Positions 29,099-39,186 of a DNA stretch of 64,000 bases are shown here, piece after piece (positions within the stretch are counted from its first letter, which is position 1; each line of letters begins with the position of its first letter). Origin of the DNA: Varibaculum cambriense (GTDB lineage Bacteria; Actinomycetota; Actinomycetes; Actinomycetales; Actinomycetaceae); assembly GCF_032557235.1 (NCBI RefSeq), contig NZ_JAWGMB010000001.1:28930-92929 (forward strand). The letters are read 5' to 3'. Below the pieces are notes generated by a model. It worked only from the letters and a program-made list of their open reading frames with translations. It searched no databases and was not told the origin of the DNA. Position numbers and translations under genes: made by a program.

Positions 29099-29858
29099 AG
29101 CGCTTTGCCCCCTTTCGCAAACATAAACACATCACCATTGAGGGAGTAACCAGCCGGGCGGAAACTCGCCCTGAACTTAGAAGGCTAGCCGCTTTCCGCG
29201 CCTCGCGTCTGCCTGGTTCCCGCTCCGTTTGCGGTATCTGCGAAAACCATTTTAGCAGGTGGGCAACTTCGCGATCTATCCCGCACATAATATGGGGCGA
29301 AACCAAAAGAGCGCACTGTGGCGAGCGTAATTTCTTACGAGTTTGTTGGGCTACTTCCTCGGTTAAATAATCATCTACCCAGGCAAAACTGGCGTTTCCG
29401 GCAGCAGCCATAACTTCGGGAAATTTTGCCCGCGGGTCACCGTTAGGGCAGCGCACCCAGGGAAGATCCTTCGAAATACCCAGCAGTGGGGAAAGATGCT
29501 GATTAGCCCACTGATTCCAGGAGGTCGCCCACCGCACTTCGAAATATTTGCCGAGTTCGCGCAGGCGCAGACCCAGAAGGCGGGAAAGCACCACGTTAAC
29601 ATTAAAGGAATTATCTGGTTGTAGATGTACCAAGTGAGCACGCAGCAGCGGATTAAGGATACGCCGATTTGCCCTCCCCCACAGGTTTAAAGGTCCATCT
29701 ACATCCAGGAACAGTATCGGCTGCCCTATAGAGGCTTCCCGGTGAGCGCTATCTGTAGCAGCATGGTCTGAAGATTTAATTTGCAAGGACGAAGTCTCAT
29801 CAGCAGCATGAGTCATCTCAGGTCGTAACCCGGCCTTTCCCTCCGCTACTGCACTCAC
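29091..29858 (-). CDS. HAD-superfamily-like protein (hypothetical)
   Basis: 255 aa with a GTG start behind GGAGGA. It has the HAD motif I (ILFLDVDGPLN) and a late acidic motif (FAWVDDYL). Its last 8 nt overlap the start of the downstream 784-aa gene. Confidence 0.6.
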   Translation of the reverse strand: MSAVAEGKAGLRPEMTHAADETSSLQIKSSDHAATDSAHREASIGQPILFLDVDGPLNLWGRANRRILNPLLRAHLVHLQPDNSFNVNVVLSRLLGLRLRELGKYFEVRWATSWNQWANQHLSPLLGISKDLPWVRCPNGDPRAKFPEVMAAAGNASFAWVDDYLTEEVAQQTRKKLRSPQCALLVSPHIMCGIDREVAHLLKWFSQIPQTEREPGRREARKAASLLSSGRVSARLVTPSMVMCLCLRKGAKRYG

Positions 29859-30030
29859 GTATCCTCCTTACGCTCTCACCTCTAGATTATAGCGAGATTA
29901 TAAGCAGCGGAGGTGCTGGAAGGATCTTTTAACCCGGGAGCAGATGATCAGTTAAAAGACTGCCCTAAGCTAGAGGCTAGCGGCGTCGCCGGGCAAGAGA
30001 ATGCCCGCAGAGGCTAGCTGCGTACGAGGA

Positions 30031-32505
30031 TTACTTGCCGTTAAAGGTAAATTCCTTTTCCCCGTCCTCGCCCTCGCGTACATCAACCACGATTTCTTGG
30101 CCCGGCTCGATGTCTCCGAAAAGAATCTTTTCGCTGAGGGCGTCCTCGATGTCGCGCTGGATAGTCCGCCGCAAAGGACGCGCCCCCAGTACGGGATCGA
30201 AACCGCGAGTGGCTAGTTCTTCGCGAGCAGCATCGGTGAGCTTTAGAGTCATATCTTGCTCTTGGGTGCGTTCTTGCAGTTTAGTGATCATCAAGTCCAC
30301 AATCTCGCGGATTTCTTCCATTCCGAGTTGCGGGAACACGATTACTTCATCTACCCGGTTGAGGAACTCCGGACGGAACTGCTGCTTGAGCTCTTCCTGA
30401 ACCCGATTCTTCATCCGCTGATAAGAACCGACCTGGTCATTATCGACCTGGAAACCGGTTTGTACCCCTTTATTGATTTCGCGGGTGCCCAGGTTGGTGG
30501 TCATGATGATTACGGTGTTCTTGAAATCAACCATCCGCCCCTGCGAGTCGGTCAGCCGCCCGTCTTCTAGCACCTGCAAGAGAGTGTTGAAAATATCGGC
30601 GTGGGCTTTTTCGATCTCGTCAAAGAGCACCACTGAGAAGGGCTTGCGGCGTACCTTTTCGGTCAGCTGTCCGCCCTCGTCATAGCCGACATATCCGGGA
30701 GGCGCCCCGAACAGACGAGAAGAAGTATGTTTTTCCCCGAATTCCGACATATCCAGCTGGATTAGCGCCGACTCGTCACCGAACAGGAACTCGGCCAAAG
30801 TCTTTGCCAACTCGGTTTTACCTACCCCGGTGGGGCCGGCAAAGATGAAGGAGCCGCCGGGACGATTCGGGTCTTTTAGACCTGCACGCGTCCTGCGAAT
30901 AGATTTCGATAGGGCACTGACCGCCTCGTTTTGGCCGATAACCCGCTTGTGCAGCTCATCTTCCATATGCAGCAGTTTCGCGCTTTCCTTTTCAGTCAGC
31001 TTAAACACCGGGATGCCGGTGGACATTGCCAAAATTTCCGCGATGGCATCTTCATCCACCGTGCCGATTCGGTCGCCCTCCCCGGACTTCCAGTCCGCCT
31101 CCAGCTGGGCGCGTTTTTCACCTAACTGTTTTTCCTCATCACGTAGGCGCGCGGCCTTTTCGAAATCTTGGGCATCGATAGCGGCTTCTTTATCTCGGCG
31201 CGCCTCATTGATTTTTTCATCCATTTCCCGAATCTCCGGAGGCGCGGTCATGCGGTGAATCCGCAGACGCGCCCCGGCCTCGTCAATCAAATCGATGGCC
31301 TTATCGGGCAGGTAGCGATCCGAAATATAACGGTCAGACAGGGACGCCGCCGCCCGAATCGCATCATCGGTAATGATTACCCGGTGGTGTGCCTCGTAGC
31401 GGTCACGCAAACCAGTCAGAATCTTTACTGTGTCCTCCACGCTGGGCTGTTCTACCTGCACCGGTTGGAAGCGCCGTTCCAAGGCCGCATCTTTTTCAAT
31501 ATATTTACGGTATTCCTCGGTGGTGGTAGCCCCAATGGTCTGCAGTTCACCGCGCGCCAGCATCGGTTTAAGGATGGAGGCGGCATCGATCGCACCCTCG
31601 GCGGCTCCCGCCCCCACCAGGGTGTGGATCTCGTCGATGAATAGAATAATGTCTCCGCGGGTGCGGATTTCTTTCAGAACTTTCTTCAGACGTTCCTCGA
31701 AGTCGCCGCGGTAACGCGATCCTGCAATCAGAGAACCCATGTCCAGGGAATATATATGCTTATCTTTCAGGGTTTCGGGGACATCTCCGCGCACAATTGC
31801 TTGCGCAAGTCCCTCTACTACCGCGGTTTTACCCACCCCGGGTTCCCCGATCAGCACCGGGTTGTTTTTGGTGCGCCGGGAAAGGATCTGCATGACCCTT
31901 TCCATCTCGTTTACGCGTCCGATCACCGGGTCTAGTTTGTTTTCCCGTGCCGCCTCCGATAGGTTCCGTCCAAACTGGTCGAGGATGGCTGAACCTGACT
32001 TTTGCGGCTTCTGGGTGCCGGTACCCACCCCCACGGTTTCGCCGCCCGCTTCATTTTGCCCCGCTCCCGGGTATCCGGAAAGCAGGTGAATCACGTTTTG
32101 GCGAATACTTCCCAGGTCAGCGCCCAGGTTGGTGAGCACCTGGTTGGCGACTCCCTCGCCTTCGCGGATTAGCCCCAAGAGGATATGTTCGGTGCCAATA
32201 TAGTTGTGCCCCAGCTGCAGGGCTTCCCGCATCGACAGTTCTAAGACTTTCTTGGCACGGGGAGTAAAGGGGATATGGTCTTTCGAATCGTTCTCACCTT
32301 TGCCGATGATCTCAATGACTTGATCGCGCACGCCCTCGAGGGAAATGTTCGCCATTTCCAATGCTTTCGCGGCTACGCCTTCGCCTTCCCGAATCAGCCC
32401 CAAGAGGATATGTTCGGTACCGATATAGTTGTGCTCCAGGCTGCGTGCCTCATCTTGCGCCAGCACCACTACCCGGCGCGCCCGATCTGTAAAGCGTTCG
32501 AACAT
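30031..32505 (-). CDS. clpC: ATP-dependent Clp protease ATP-binding subunit ClpC1
   Basis: 824 aa. It starts with [37 protein letters not shown] and has duplicated Clp_N repeats. Two AAA+ modules are present (GEPGVGKTA and GPTGVGKTE), plus a UVR-like linker. Confidence 0.97.
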   Translation of the reverse strand: MFERFTDRARRVVVLAQDEARSLEHNYIGTEHILLGLIREGEGVAAKALEMANISLEGVRDQVIEIIGKGENDSKDHIPFTPRAKKVLELSMREALQLGHNYIGTEHILLGLIREGEGVANQVLTNLGADLGSIRQNVIHLLSGYPGAGQNEAGGETVGVGTGTQKPQKSGSAILDQFGRNLSEAARENKLDPVIGRVNEMERVMQILSRRTKNNPVLIGEPGVGKTAVVEGLAQAIVRGDVPETLKDKHIYSLDMGSLIAGSRYRGDFEERLKKVLKEIRTRGDIILFIDEIHTLVGAGAAEGAIDAASILKPMLARGELQTIGATTTEEYRKYIEKDAALERRFQPVQVEQPSVEDTVKILTGLRDRYEAHHRVIITDDAIRAAASLSDRYISDRYLPDKAIDLIDEAGARLRIHRMTAPPEIREMDEKINEARRDKEAAIDAQDFEKAARLRDEEKQLGEKRAQLEADWKSGEGDRIGTVDEDAIAEILAMSTGIPVFKLTEKESAKLLHMEDELHKRVIGQNEAVSALSKSIRRTRAGLKDPNRPGGSFIFAGPTGVGKTELAKTLAEFLFGDESALIQLDMSEFGEKHTSSRLFGAPPGYVGYDEGGQLTEKVRRKPFSVVLFDEIEKAHADIFNTLLQVLEDGRLTDSQGRMVDFKNTVIIMTTNLGTREINKGVQTGFQVDNDQVGSYQRMKNRVQEELKQQFRPEFLNRVDEVIVFPQLGMEEIREIVDLMITKLQERTQEQDMTLKLTDAAREELATRGFDPVLGARPLRRTIQRDIEDALSEKILFGDIEPGQEIVVDVREGEDGEKEFTFNGK

Positions 32506-32732
32506 TTTACTCCTTGACCTTTGGAGAGGATTCTTTCGGTTAGGGAATTGACTCCACTATGTACATTATTAGTTTTTTACCCGTGCCCTCACCTGGTTTC
32601 ACTACCGGCTAAGGTTATTTTTTAAGGGGACGAGGACGGCGCGGCGAGCAAAAGCGGCATCTACCGGGTTCAGGGAACCAACCACCTTTCGAATCTTTGG
32701 GCTTCGCCCAGAGCGGGGCTGGATGGTTTTTC

Positions 32733-33446
32733 TCAGATATAGCAGGCCAGGGTTGCTGCCAGCAATAGCACCACTGAGAGTACGGTTACCAGCAGGTTTC
32801 CAATTATTTGGGTGCGTTTAACGGTGGCGGTGGCGCGTTGGCGATCCACCAGGTCCGGCAGGCCTGTCCCCAGTTTTTTCCGTCCTCGCCTGCCGGAGAT
32901 CACGGCCACCAGGTGCAATGCCCATCCGATAAGCGCTCCTATCAGGGCGCCACCTAAGTGTCCTTGCCAAGACACATTGGGGATGACGAACCCGATCAGC
33001 AGGTTAATTATTAGCAACCCACCCAGAGCGCTGGAGGAGCCGTGTAGGTTGCGGGTATAGACGAACACGCCTGCACATAATCCCAACACTGCTCCGGAGG
33101 CGCCGACTACCGCCTGCTGCTGCCCGGTAATCAGTGCCCACACCAAAGTGCCGAGCGATCCTCCCCAGGCCGAGAGCAGGTAGATAAGTAGGATCTGATA
33201 GTTGCTCATCACCCGGCGAGCGAGCTCACCCAGGATGTACAAGAACGCCATATTGGCCGCTAAATGTATGATCCCTCCATGTAGGAAGGCTGCGGTCAAA
33301 AACCGCCAGGGCTGAGTAAACCCCAAGGCGGGATAGAACAGAAACTGCTCTACCAGGCTCGGAGCCAACCATGAAGCCACATAGACAATCCCGCAGGCAA
33401 TGATGAGGGCGTTGATTACATTGACGCGCTGCTTAGAGTTCGTCAT
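32733..33446 (-). CDS. Rhomboid-family intramembrane serine protease
   Basis: The catalytic Ser motif (GASGAVLG) and His motif (GHLGGALIG) lie within hydrophobic helices. The long ORF (GTG at 33548) would overlap the cyclophilin gene by 53 nt, so I prefer the ATG at 33446 downstream of that stop. Confidence 0.8.
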   Translation of the reverse strand: MTNSKQRVNVINALIIACGIVYVASWLAPSLVEQFLFYPALGFTQPWRFLTAAFLHGGIIHLAANMAFLYILGELARRVMSNYQILLIYLLSAWGGSLGTLVWALITGQQQAVVGASGAVLGLCAGVFVYTRNLHGSSSALGGLLIINLLIGFVIPNVSWQGHLGGALIGALIGWALHLVAVISGRRGRKKLGTGLPDLVDRQRATATVKRTQIIGNLLVTVLSVVLLLAATLACYI

Positions 33447-33495
33447 TTGTCCCGATGATATTTTTTGCCACCGCTGAATTGGTGCAAGCCACAGC

Positions 33496-34005
33496 TTATT
33501 CGCTGATGTCGATGGATTCGATGGTGATGTCATCGAGCGGGCGGTCACGTCCGTCGGTGCTCACCGCGGCGATCGCATCTACCACGTCGCGGGATGCCTG
33601 GTCGGTTACTTTACCGAATACGGTATGTTTACCGTTTAGCCATTCGGTGGGTACCTGGGTGATGAAGAACTGGGATCCGTTGGTTCCCGGACCGGCATTG
33701 GCCATTCCCAGCACGTAGGGTTCATTGAAGGTCAGTCCCGGTACGATCTCGTCCCCGAAACGGTAACCGGGGCCACCGGTGCCGGTCCCCAGGGGATCGC
33801 CGGTCTGAATCATAAATCCCTGGATCACCCGGTGGAAAATCACCCCGTCATAGAGGGGTTCATTAGATTTAAGTCCGGTAGCCGGGTTTTGCCATTCGCG
33901 TTCGCCGGTGGCTAGACCTTTGAAGTTGTTTACCGTAATCGGCGTTTTATCCGGAAATAGTTCGACTTTAATGTCGCCTTTTGAAGTGTGAATTGTTGCT
34001 TCCAT
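33496..34005 (-). CDS. ppiA: Cyclophilin-type peptidyl-prolyl cis-trans isomerase
   Basis: 169 aa with the motifs FHRVIQGFMIQTGDP, MANAGPGTNGSQFFIT and HTVFGKV. Confidence 0.95.
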   Translation of the reverse strand: MEATIHTSKGDIKVELFPDKTPITVNNFKGLATGEREWQNPATGLKSNEPLYDGVIFHRVIQGFMIQTGDPLGTGTGGPGYRFGDEIVPGLTFNEPYVLGMANAGPGTNGSQFFITQVPTEWLNGKHTVFGKVTDQASRDVVDAIAAVSTDGRDRPLDDITIESIDISE

Positions 34006-34177
34006 AGTTCTTATCCTTTCATGAAAGCCAAATTACCGACACTCAAGCTTACCGAAGAGTAGCTAAATCTGGAGGCTATTCTTCCCACAAGCTAGGCGGT
34101 AACGTTTAGACTAATAGAGTACAAGATGTTGCTACCGAAGCGGGGTGCTTCGGTATGCCTAAGACAAAGGAGCGAAC

Positions 34178-34687
34178 ATGAAGACATGCTGCCCCCATAA
34201 GCTGCTCAAACAGGCACGGAGTTTGGCAGATCAAGGCAAAGATATTGTTCTTGAGGGCGCTCAAGATCTGCAGGAAAAAGTTAGCAGTGAACTAGTACCG
34301 GGTGTAGAACATGCGGTAGACAACGTGCGTGACCAGTTCCATGAGGTAAAGAAGCATTCCGAGAAGTCTTTGAAGGAGGCTGCTAAGCAAGTGAAGAAAC
34401 AATCAGCAGAAACATTTGGTAAACCGAAACCCAAGCGGGGGCGTAAGACCCTACTATTCCTGGTACTAGCTGCCGTAGCCGGTTGCGTTGGGTATGTACT
34501 GTACCGGCGTTCGCAACCAGTTGACGATCCGTGGGCAGAAGAATACTGGGAGGATGTAGAAGTGAGCGAATTCGATCCGCAGGAAGCTGCAGAAAAGGCT
34601 CAGGACAAGGCCAAAGAGGTTGCCGAGGACGTAGCCGATAAAGCCGACAAAGCCGTTGACGCAGTCAAAGACAAGGTTGAAAAGTAA
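34178..34687 (+). CDS. Small single-TM protein with charged helical flanks (hypothetical)
   Basis: 169 aa with an AAAGGAG Shine-Dalgarno. The central TM helix (LLFLVLAAVAGCVGYVLY) is flanked by Lys/Glu/Asp-rich segments. It is divergent from ppiA, the position occupied by cwsA in mycobacteria; that is a positional analogy only. Confidence 0.6.
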   Translation: MKTCCPHKLLKQARSLADQGKDIVLEGAQDLQEKVSSELVPGVEHAVDNVRDQFHEVKKHSEKSLKEAAKQVKKQSAETFGKPKPKRGRKTLLFLVLAAVAGCVGYVLYRRSQPVDDPWAEEYWEDVEVSEFDPQEAAEKAQDKAKEVAEDVADKADKAVDAVKDKVEK

Positions 34688-34714
34688 CCTGTAAGTTATT
34701 CAAATAGATAAAGC

Positions 34715-34743
34715 TGCCCTCCCTGCCCAAAGCAGGGAGGGCA
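34715..34743 (+). terminator. Intrinsic terminator candidate
   Basis: The hairpin TGCCCTCCCTGC-CCAAA-GCAGGGAGGGCA has a 12-bp stem. It is followed by TTGTCTT and lies 28 nt after the stop at 34687. Confidence 0.7.
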
Positions 34744-35224
34744 TTGTCTTACCAATTTTCAGGTTTAATACCCGATTAGGCATTAAACCACGTTTCAAGG
34801 ATGGCTAGAGCGTACATAGGTTTGGTTGTCGGTATCCATAGATAAAGAAGAGGCCTAAGCGCTGAGTTATTTATAAGACAACCAGTTAAGTATTTATAAA
34901 AAGCTTATTTAATCTTAATAACATCCCGCTATTTAGCTATTATTTTCAACCTACTTGTCAGACGTCCTATGTTTATTGTAAGCTGTATCCGCCAACGGAA
35001 TTTATGGAATGGAAGACAACGATGTCCGGTAGTTAGATTTGTAGTATCACCTATTCCCATCAGGGACTACGTGAGATATACATCATAACTCTGTTGTAAA
35101 CGATCAATCAGGTGAGAAATTTTGCAGCAGAATGCATCAATTTGGGCATAGCAGTAGATGACCAGTCACCAATTACATAAAACTTTAACGCAACTGGCGA
35201 TAACTGATACAAGGAGGCAAGATT

Positions 35225-37543
35225 ATGAGTCGCAAAGATGCTACGCAGGATCTGGAAGAAAGGTTCTCTACAAACGGACAACCCGTAGACAGCCGTAAGC
35301 TGTGTACCCTCGTTAAGCAGGATTGTTGCGGTGTTATCGACATTAATCTAGCAACGACAATTCCTGGATGCATTTTCCGAGCAAATGGGAAAAACGGCTG
35401 CATTGAAATCAATATTTCTAGTGGGCAAATCACCGGGTTTGTACGTAGCGGACACGAACACCGAATCATTGATGCCGAAGATGTACCCGGAATTGATGAC
35501 GGTTTCACACACTCGGTGGCTCTTTCATCGAACAAATCTGGTATGCATCTATTCTTCGACGGCTACGAAGCATTCTCAATCTCCCTGTCGACATGGTTTT
35601 CACAGATTGAAATCGAGGACATCACAATCAACCCTCAAGGTGTCCACGAAGTCAGCTACTTCGGGGTTTGGGCTGGTCAAACGGAACCAGAATTTCCTCT
35701 TTCAATAGCATGCACACCAAACTCTGTTGTAGAGTTCGGTGGCTCCGCGTTATCACCTTGGGATGTGCGCAAAGTTAGTGGCCTTACCAAGGGAAGCGTG
35801 CGGGCAAAATTCCGCACTCGCGGCGAAGGTCAGTTCGGTGTAATCATGGCTGCTAAGGGAACGCAAGGAGCTCTGTGTCTGGGGATCGAAAAAGGGGGTA
35901 GTTTCTATTTCCAGGCATCGGTAGATACCGAGGTTATTGCTGAAATTACGGCGCCGGGACACTGGGATGATGGAAGGGTGCATGAGCTCGTGCTCGTAAG
36001 CGGAAGGGGCGCTACCACGATATTCGTAGATGGATACGAAGTCGTTCATTCCCCAGGAGCAGTTTTCTTCGACGATATTGGAAATCTGAAAAGCGTCCTA
36101 GTTGGAGAGGATCTGGATGGAACCAAGCTATTCGGAGAAGTCTCCTCCGCAGAGATCTATAAGCAGGTTCTAACTGACCATCAAGTTAAAAGACTAGCTG
36201 GTGTTGCCCCTTTAGTAACTCAGGCACTCTTCGATACGGGGTTGATGGGTGCTAAGAACTACCGCATTCCCTCAATTATCACCTGCAAATCAGGAGTGGT
36301 TATCGCAGGCGCCGACCAGCGAGTAAGTATCGCAAACGACAGTCCGAACGACATTAATTTCGTTATTCGACGTAGTCTAGATAATGGTAAGACCTGGACA
36401 GATCCTCAGACAGTACTCCAGTACCCCGGAAGTGGAAGACTGGGAGCCTCTGTTATTGACTCCGTCCTCGTACAAGATCAATCATCAGGTCGCGTGATCT
36501 GCCTGATCGATCACTTTCCCGGCGGAATCGGGCAGCCGAACGCCAAGGTTGGCACCGGATGCTCGGAAGATGGCACTAAAATTCTACACGACCGTGATGG
36601 CAACGAATATCACCTGATGGATGACGGAATAGTTAATAACTTAGACGGTACATCCACTGACTACCTTGTAGACAAGCTTGGAAATGTGACAGTTCAGGGC
36701 GAACCAGCTGGAAATATCTATCTAGCGCCAGGAGTCGACTCTAACGAATCATTATTCGAACATCCCTCATGCCACTTACTCATGGTTTTTAGTGATGACG
36801 ATGGGGAAACCTGGAGCGCCCCTGTAGACTTGACTCCTCAGATTAAAGAGGAGTGGATGCGTTTTTGTGGAACCTCTCCGGGGAATGGAATCCAGCTTCA
36901 GATTGGAAAGCACAAGGGACGAATCTTGGTTCCGATTTACTTCAACCATGAGAGCGGTTTGGCATTTTCGTGTGCAGCTGCCTATTCCGATGATGGTGGA
37001 GAAACTTGGCACCGTGGGCAATCGCCGAACGATGGCCGGGTCGTTGACGGGAAAGAAGTATTTGCCCGAAATCTCGAGGATGAGCGAGCCTATTGTCACG
37101 AATCTGTCCTAGTAGAAGGAGAGGACGGCACTGTCCACGTCTGGATGAGGAATCTAAATCCCCGCGGTCGAGTCGCTCACGCAATAAGCGATGACGGTGG
37201 CGAAAACTGGGGAGAAGTCACATTTGTTGAACAAATACCTGAAATATTTTCGCAGCCGAACGCCATTCGGGTCTACGATGAGGATTCAAAGCCGGGAATC
37301 CTGTTTGCGAATGCTTCCCAACTTCTTCCTTTCAGGGGACGAGGGGTCGTGCGACTATCCTATGATGACGGATTAACATGGCCGCATAACAAAGTCTTTA
37401 ACCCGCGTCACTATGTATACCAATGTATGACACAAATGCCCGATGGAACTATTGGTCTCCTGTGGGAGAGAGAACTGCAAGGAGTTTTCTTCACATCGTT
37501 TCCTCTGGCTTGGGTTACAGAATCGCATTCAACTATCAGCTGA
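35225..37543 (+). CDS. nanH: Exo-alpha-sialidase (GH33) with N-terminal ConA/LamG-like lectin region; no signal peptide
   Basis: 772 aa with an AGGAGG Shine-Dalgarno. It has the YRIPS (RIP) motif. Five Asp-boxes are present: SLDNGKTW, SDDDGETW, SDDGGETW, SDDGGENW and SYDDGLTW. The N-terminal ~330 aa have LamG/CBM40-like strings (HELVLVSGRGATTIFVDGYEV). The N-terminus (MSRKDATQDLEERF) is hydrophilic. Confidence 0.9.
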   Translation: MSRKDATQDLEERFSTNGQPVDSRKLCTLVKQDCCGVIDINLATTIPGCIFRANGKNGCIEINISSGQITGFVRSGHEHRIIDAEDVPGIDDGFTHSVALSSNKSGMHLFFDGYEAFSISLSTWFSQIEIEDITINPQGVHEVSYFGVWAGQTEPEFPLSIACTPNSVVEFGGSALSPWDVRKVSGLTKGSVRAKFRTRGEGQFGVIMAAKGTQGALCLGIEKGGSFYFQASVDTEVIAEITAPGHWDDGRVHELVLVSGRGATTIFVDGYEVVHSPGAVFFDDIGNLKSVLVGEDLDGTKLFGEVSSAEIYKQVLTDHQVKRLAGVAPLVTQALFDTGLMGAKNYRIPSIITCKSGVVIAGADQRVSIANDSPNDINFVIRRSLDNGKTWTDPQTVLQYPGSGRLGASVIDSVLVQDQSSGRVICLIDHFPGGIGQPNAKVGTGCSEDGTKILHDRDGNEYHLMDDGIVNNLDGTSTDYLVDKLGNVTVQGEPAGNIYLAPGVDSNESLFEHPSCHLLMVFSDDDGETWSAPVDLTPQIKEEWMRFCGTSPGNGIQLQIGKHKGRILVPIYFNHESGLAFSCAAAYSDDGGETWHRGQSPNDGRVVDGKEVFARNLEDERAYCHESVLVEGEDGTVHVWMRNLNPRGRVAHAISDDGGENWGEVTFVEQIPEIFSQPNAIRVYDEDSKPGILFANASQLLPFRGRGVVRLSYDDGLTWPHNKVFNPRHYVYQCMTQMPDGTIGLLWERELQGVFFTSFPLAWVTESHSTIS

Positions 37544-37639
37544 ATGTAGCTTGTATTCTTGCTCCTTTTTCAAAACAACACTCACCTTTTGTGCTATCCA
37601 GCAAACCTTTAAATAGACGTTTCAAAGGAGAAATAAATA

Positions 37640-39133
37640 ATGTCTGAACAAACACAGAAAATACCCTGGTATAAGGAAATCGGGGCACAACGTTGGAAGG
37701 CGTTTTTCGCCGCCTGGATTGGAGTGGTGCTAGACGGATATGATTTTGTCCTAATCTCGTTGGTGCTTTCCGAGATTATCGACACTTTTAGTCTGACACT
37801 TGTTGAGGGAACCGCCCTTGTTTCCGCCGCATTCATCTCCCGGTGGTTTGGCGGACTAGTTCTGGGCGCCATGGGGGACAAGCATGGACGTAAACCTGCG
37901 ATGATTGCTTCGATTCTTCTGTTCACAATTGGGTCTTTAATGTGTGGTCTGGCGCCAAACTGGACGGTTCTTTTCCTCGCGCGTTTACTTATCGGCTTTG
38001 CTATGGCAGGAGAGTATTCCTCTTCCGCGACCTATATTATTGAGCTTTGGCCAGTTCGTATGCGCAACCGCGCTTCGGGTTTCATGCTTTCTGGCTACGC
38101 CGTTGGGTCGATTTTTGCAGCACAGATATATCGTTTGCTCGTGCCCTGGGTGGACAGTTGGCATCCCAACTGGGGGTGGCGTGCACTATTCCTAACCGGA
38201 ATGATTCCGATTCTTGTAGCTTTATATATGCGCCGTCGTCTTCCAGAGGCTGCGGATTGGGAAAGTGTTAAGCAGTCCGATGATAATGAACGCCTGCATG
38301 AAAAAAATATGCTTACCATCCTTTACAGGGGGAACAATCGGGTAGTTAACTATCTACTTACCGTGTTAGCTTTGACTCTCTTACTCTTAATTTTCACGAG
38401 CATTGTTCATGGCGGACTATTAGTTACCTTGCTTGCCCTCATCTGTGCGGGAATTTTCGTGTGGTTTGTTTACCAGTCCGATCCGACCCGTTGGGCGGTG
38501 GGCGTTGCAATTATGTTGACGATTTTTTGTTCATTCATCTACACCTGGCCGATTCTTGGTTTATTGCCGACATATTTGAAGAGCGATCTGTCTATGGATG
38601 CCGGACTGGTAGCGGCTATCGTTTCGTATGCCAACCTCGGAAATATGTGTGGCTATATTCTTTCGGGATTCCTTGGCGACAGACTAGGAATGCGCCGTTG
38701 GTACGTAATCTCCCTGCTTTTATCTCAAGTACTAGTATTCCCTTGCTTTATGATCGGCGGAAAATATGCAGTCTTGATCGGTATCCTGTTATTCTTCCAG
38801 CAAATGTTTGGACAAGGCATTTCGGGACTGGCACCCAAGTGGGTCTCTAGCTACTTCCCAATTGAAAAGCGTGCTGCGGGGCTAGGTTTTTGCTATAACG
38901 TTGGTGCTCTAGGAGGTGCAGTTGGACCAATCGTGGGAGCTTCCATCTCATCCGCTGTTCCCTTAGGGATAGCCTTGGCAACTATTTCAGTTGGAGGTGC
39001 ACTCGTAGTTATTCTCTCTGTTGGGCTGAACCTTCCACGCAGAATTCAAGCTGCAATTAATCCTGCCACGGTTCGACCAGAAGACGGTATGGATGAGAGT
39101 GAATTACCTACCCTCGATCGGGTTGAAGAATAA
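37640..39133 (+). CDS. nanT: Sialic acid:H+ symporter, MFS (NanT)
   Basis: 497 aa. Long stretches match E. coli NanT as I recall it: IPWY, RW+AFFAAW.G..LDG.DFVLI.LVL, SAAFISRWFGGL.LGAMGD, AGEYSSSATYIIE.WP...RN+ASGF, GWRALF and LLFFQQM.GQGI.G..PK. Confidence 0.9.
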   Translation: MSEQTQKIPWYKEIGAQRWKAFFAAWIGVVLDGYDFVLISLVLSEIIDTFSLTLVEGTALVSAAFISRWFGGLVLGAMGDKHGRKPAMIASILLFTIGSLMCGLAPNWTVLFLARLLIGFAMAGEYSSSATYIIELWPVRMRNRASGFMLSGYAVGSIFAAQIYRLLVPWVDSWHPNWGWRALFLTGMIPILVALYMRRRLPEAADWESVKQSDDNERLHEKNMLTILYRGNNRVVNYLLTVLALTLLLLIFTSIVHGGLLVTLLALICAGIFVWFVYQSDPTRWAVGVAIMLTIFCSFIYTWPILGLLPTYLKSDLSMDAGLVAAIVSYANLGNMCGYILSGFLGDRLGMRRWYVISLLLSQVLVFPCFMIGGKYAVLIGILLFFQQMFGQGISGLAPKWVSSYFPIEKRAAGLGFCYNVGALGGAVGPIVGASISSAVPLGIALATISVGGALVVILSVGLNLPRRIQAAINPATVRPEDGMDESELPTLDRVEE

Positions 39134-39147
39134 GAAAATCTAAATAG

Positions 39148-39186
39148 AAATTTGCGCGGTCTTTTTTTAAAGACCGCGCAAATTTT
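39148..39186 (+). terminator. Strong intrinsic terminator after nanT
   Basis: AAATTTGCGCGGTCTTT-TTTT-AAAGACCGCGCAAATTT forms a 17-bp stem. It is followed by a T-run and begins 15 nt after the nanT stop. Confidence 0.85.

Noticed and set aside
33447-33548. An N-terminal extension of the rhomboid ORF overlaps the cyclophilin gene by 53 nt.
   Set aside because: The extension starts at a GTG with no Shine-Dalgarno and encodes a hydrophilic sequence with no family signal. The ATG at 33446 lies downstream of the ppiA stop and leaves the complete rhomboid core. I treat the extension as an ORF-finder artefact, with low certainty.
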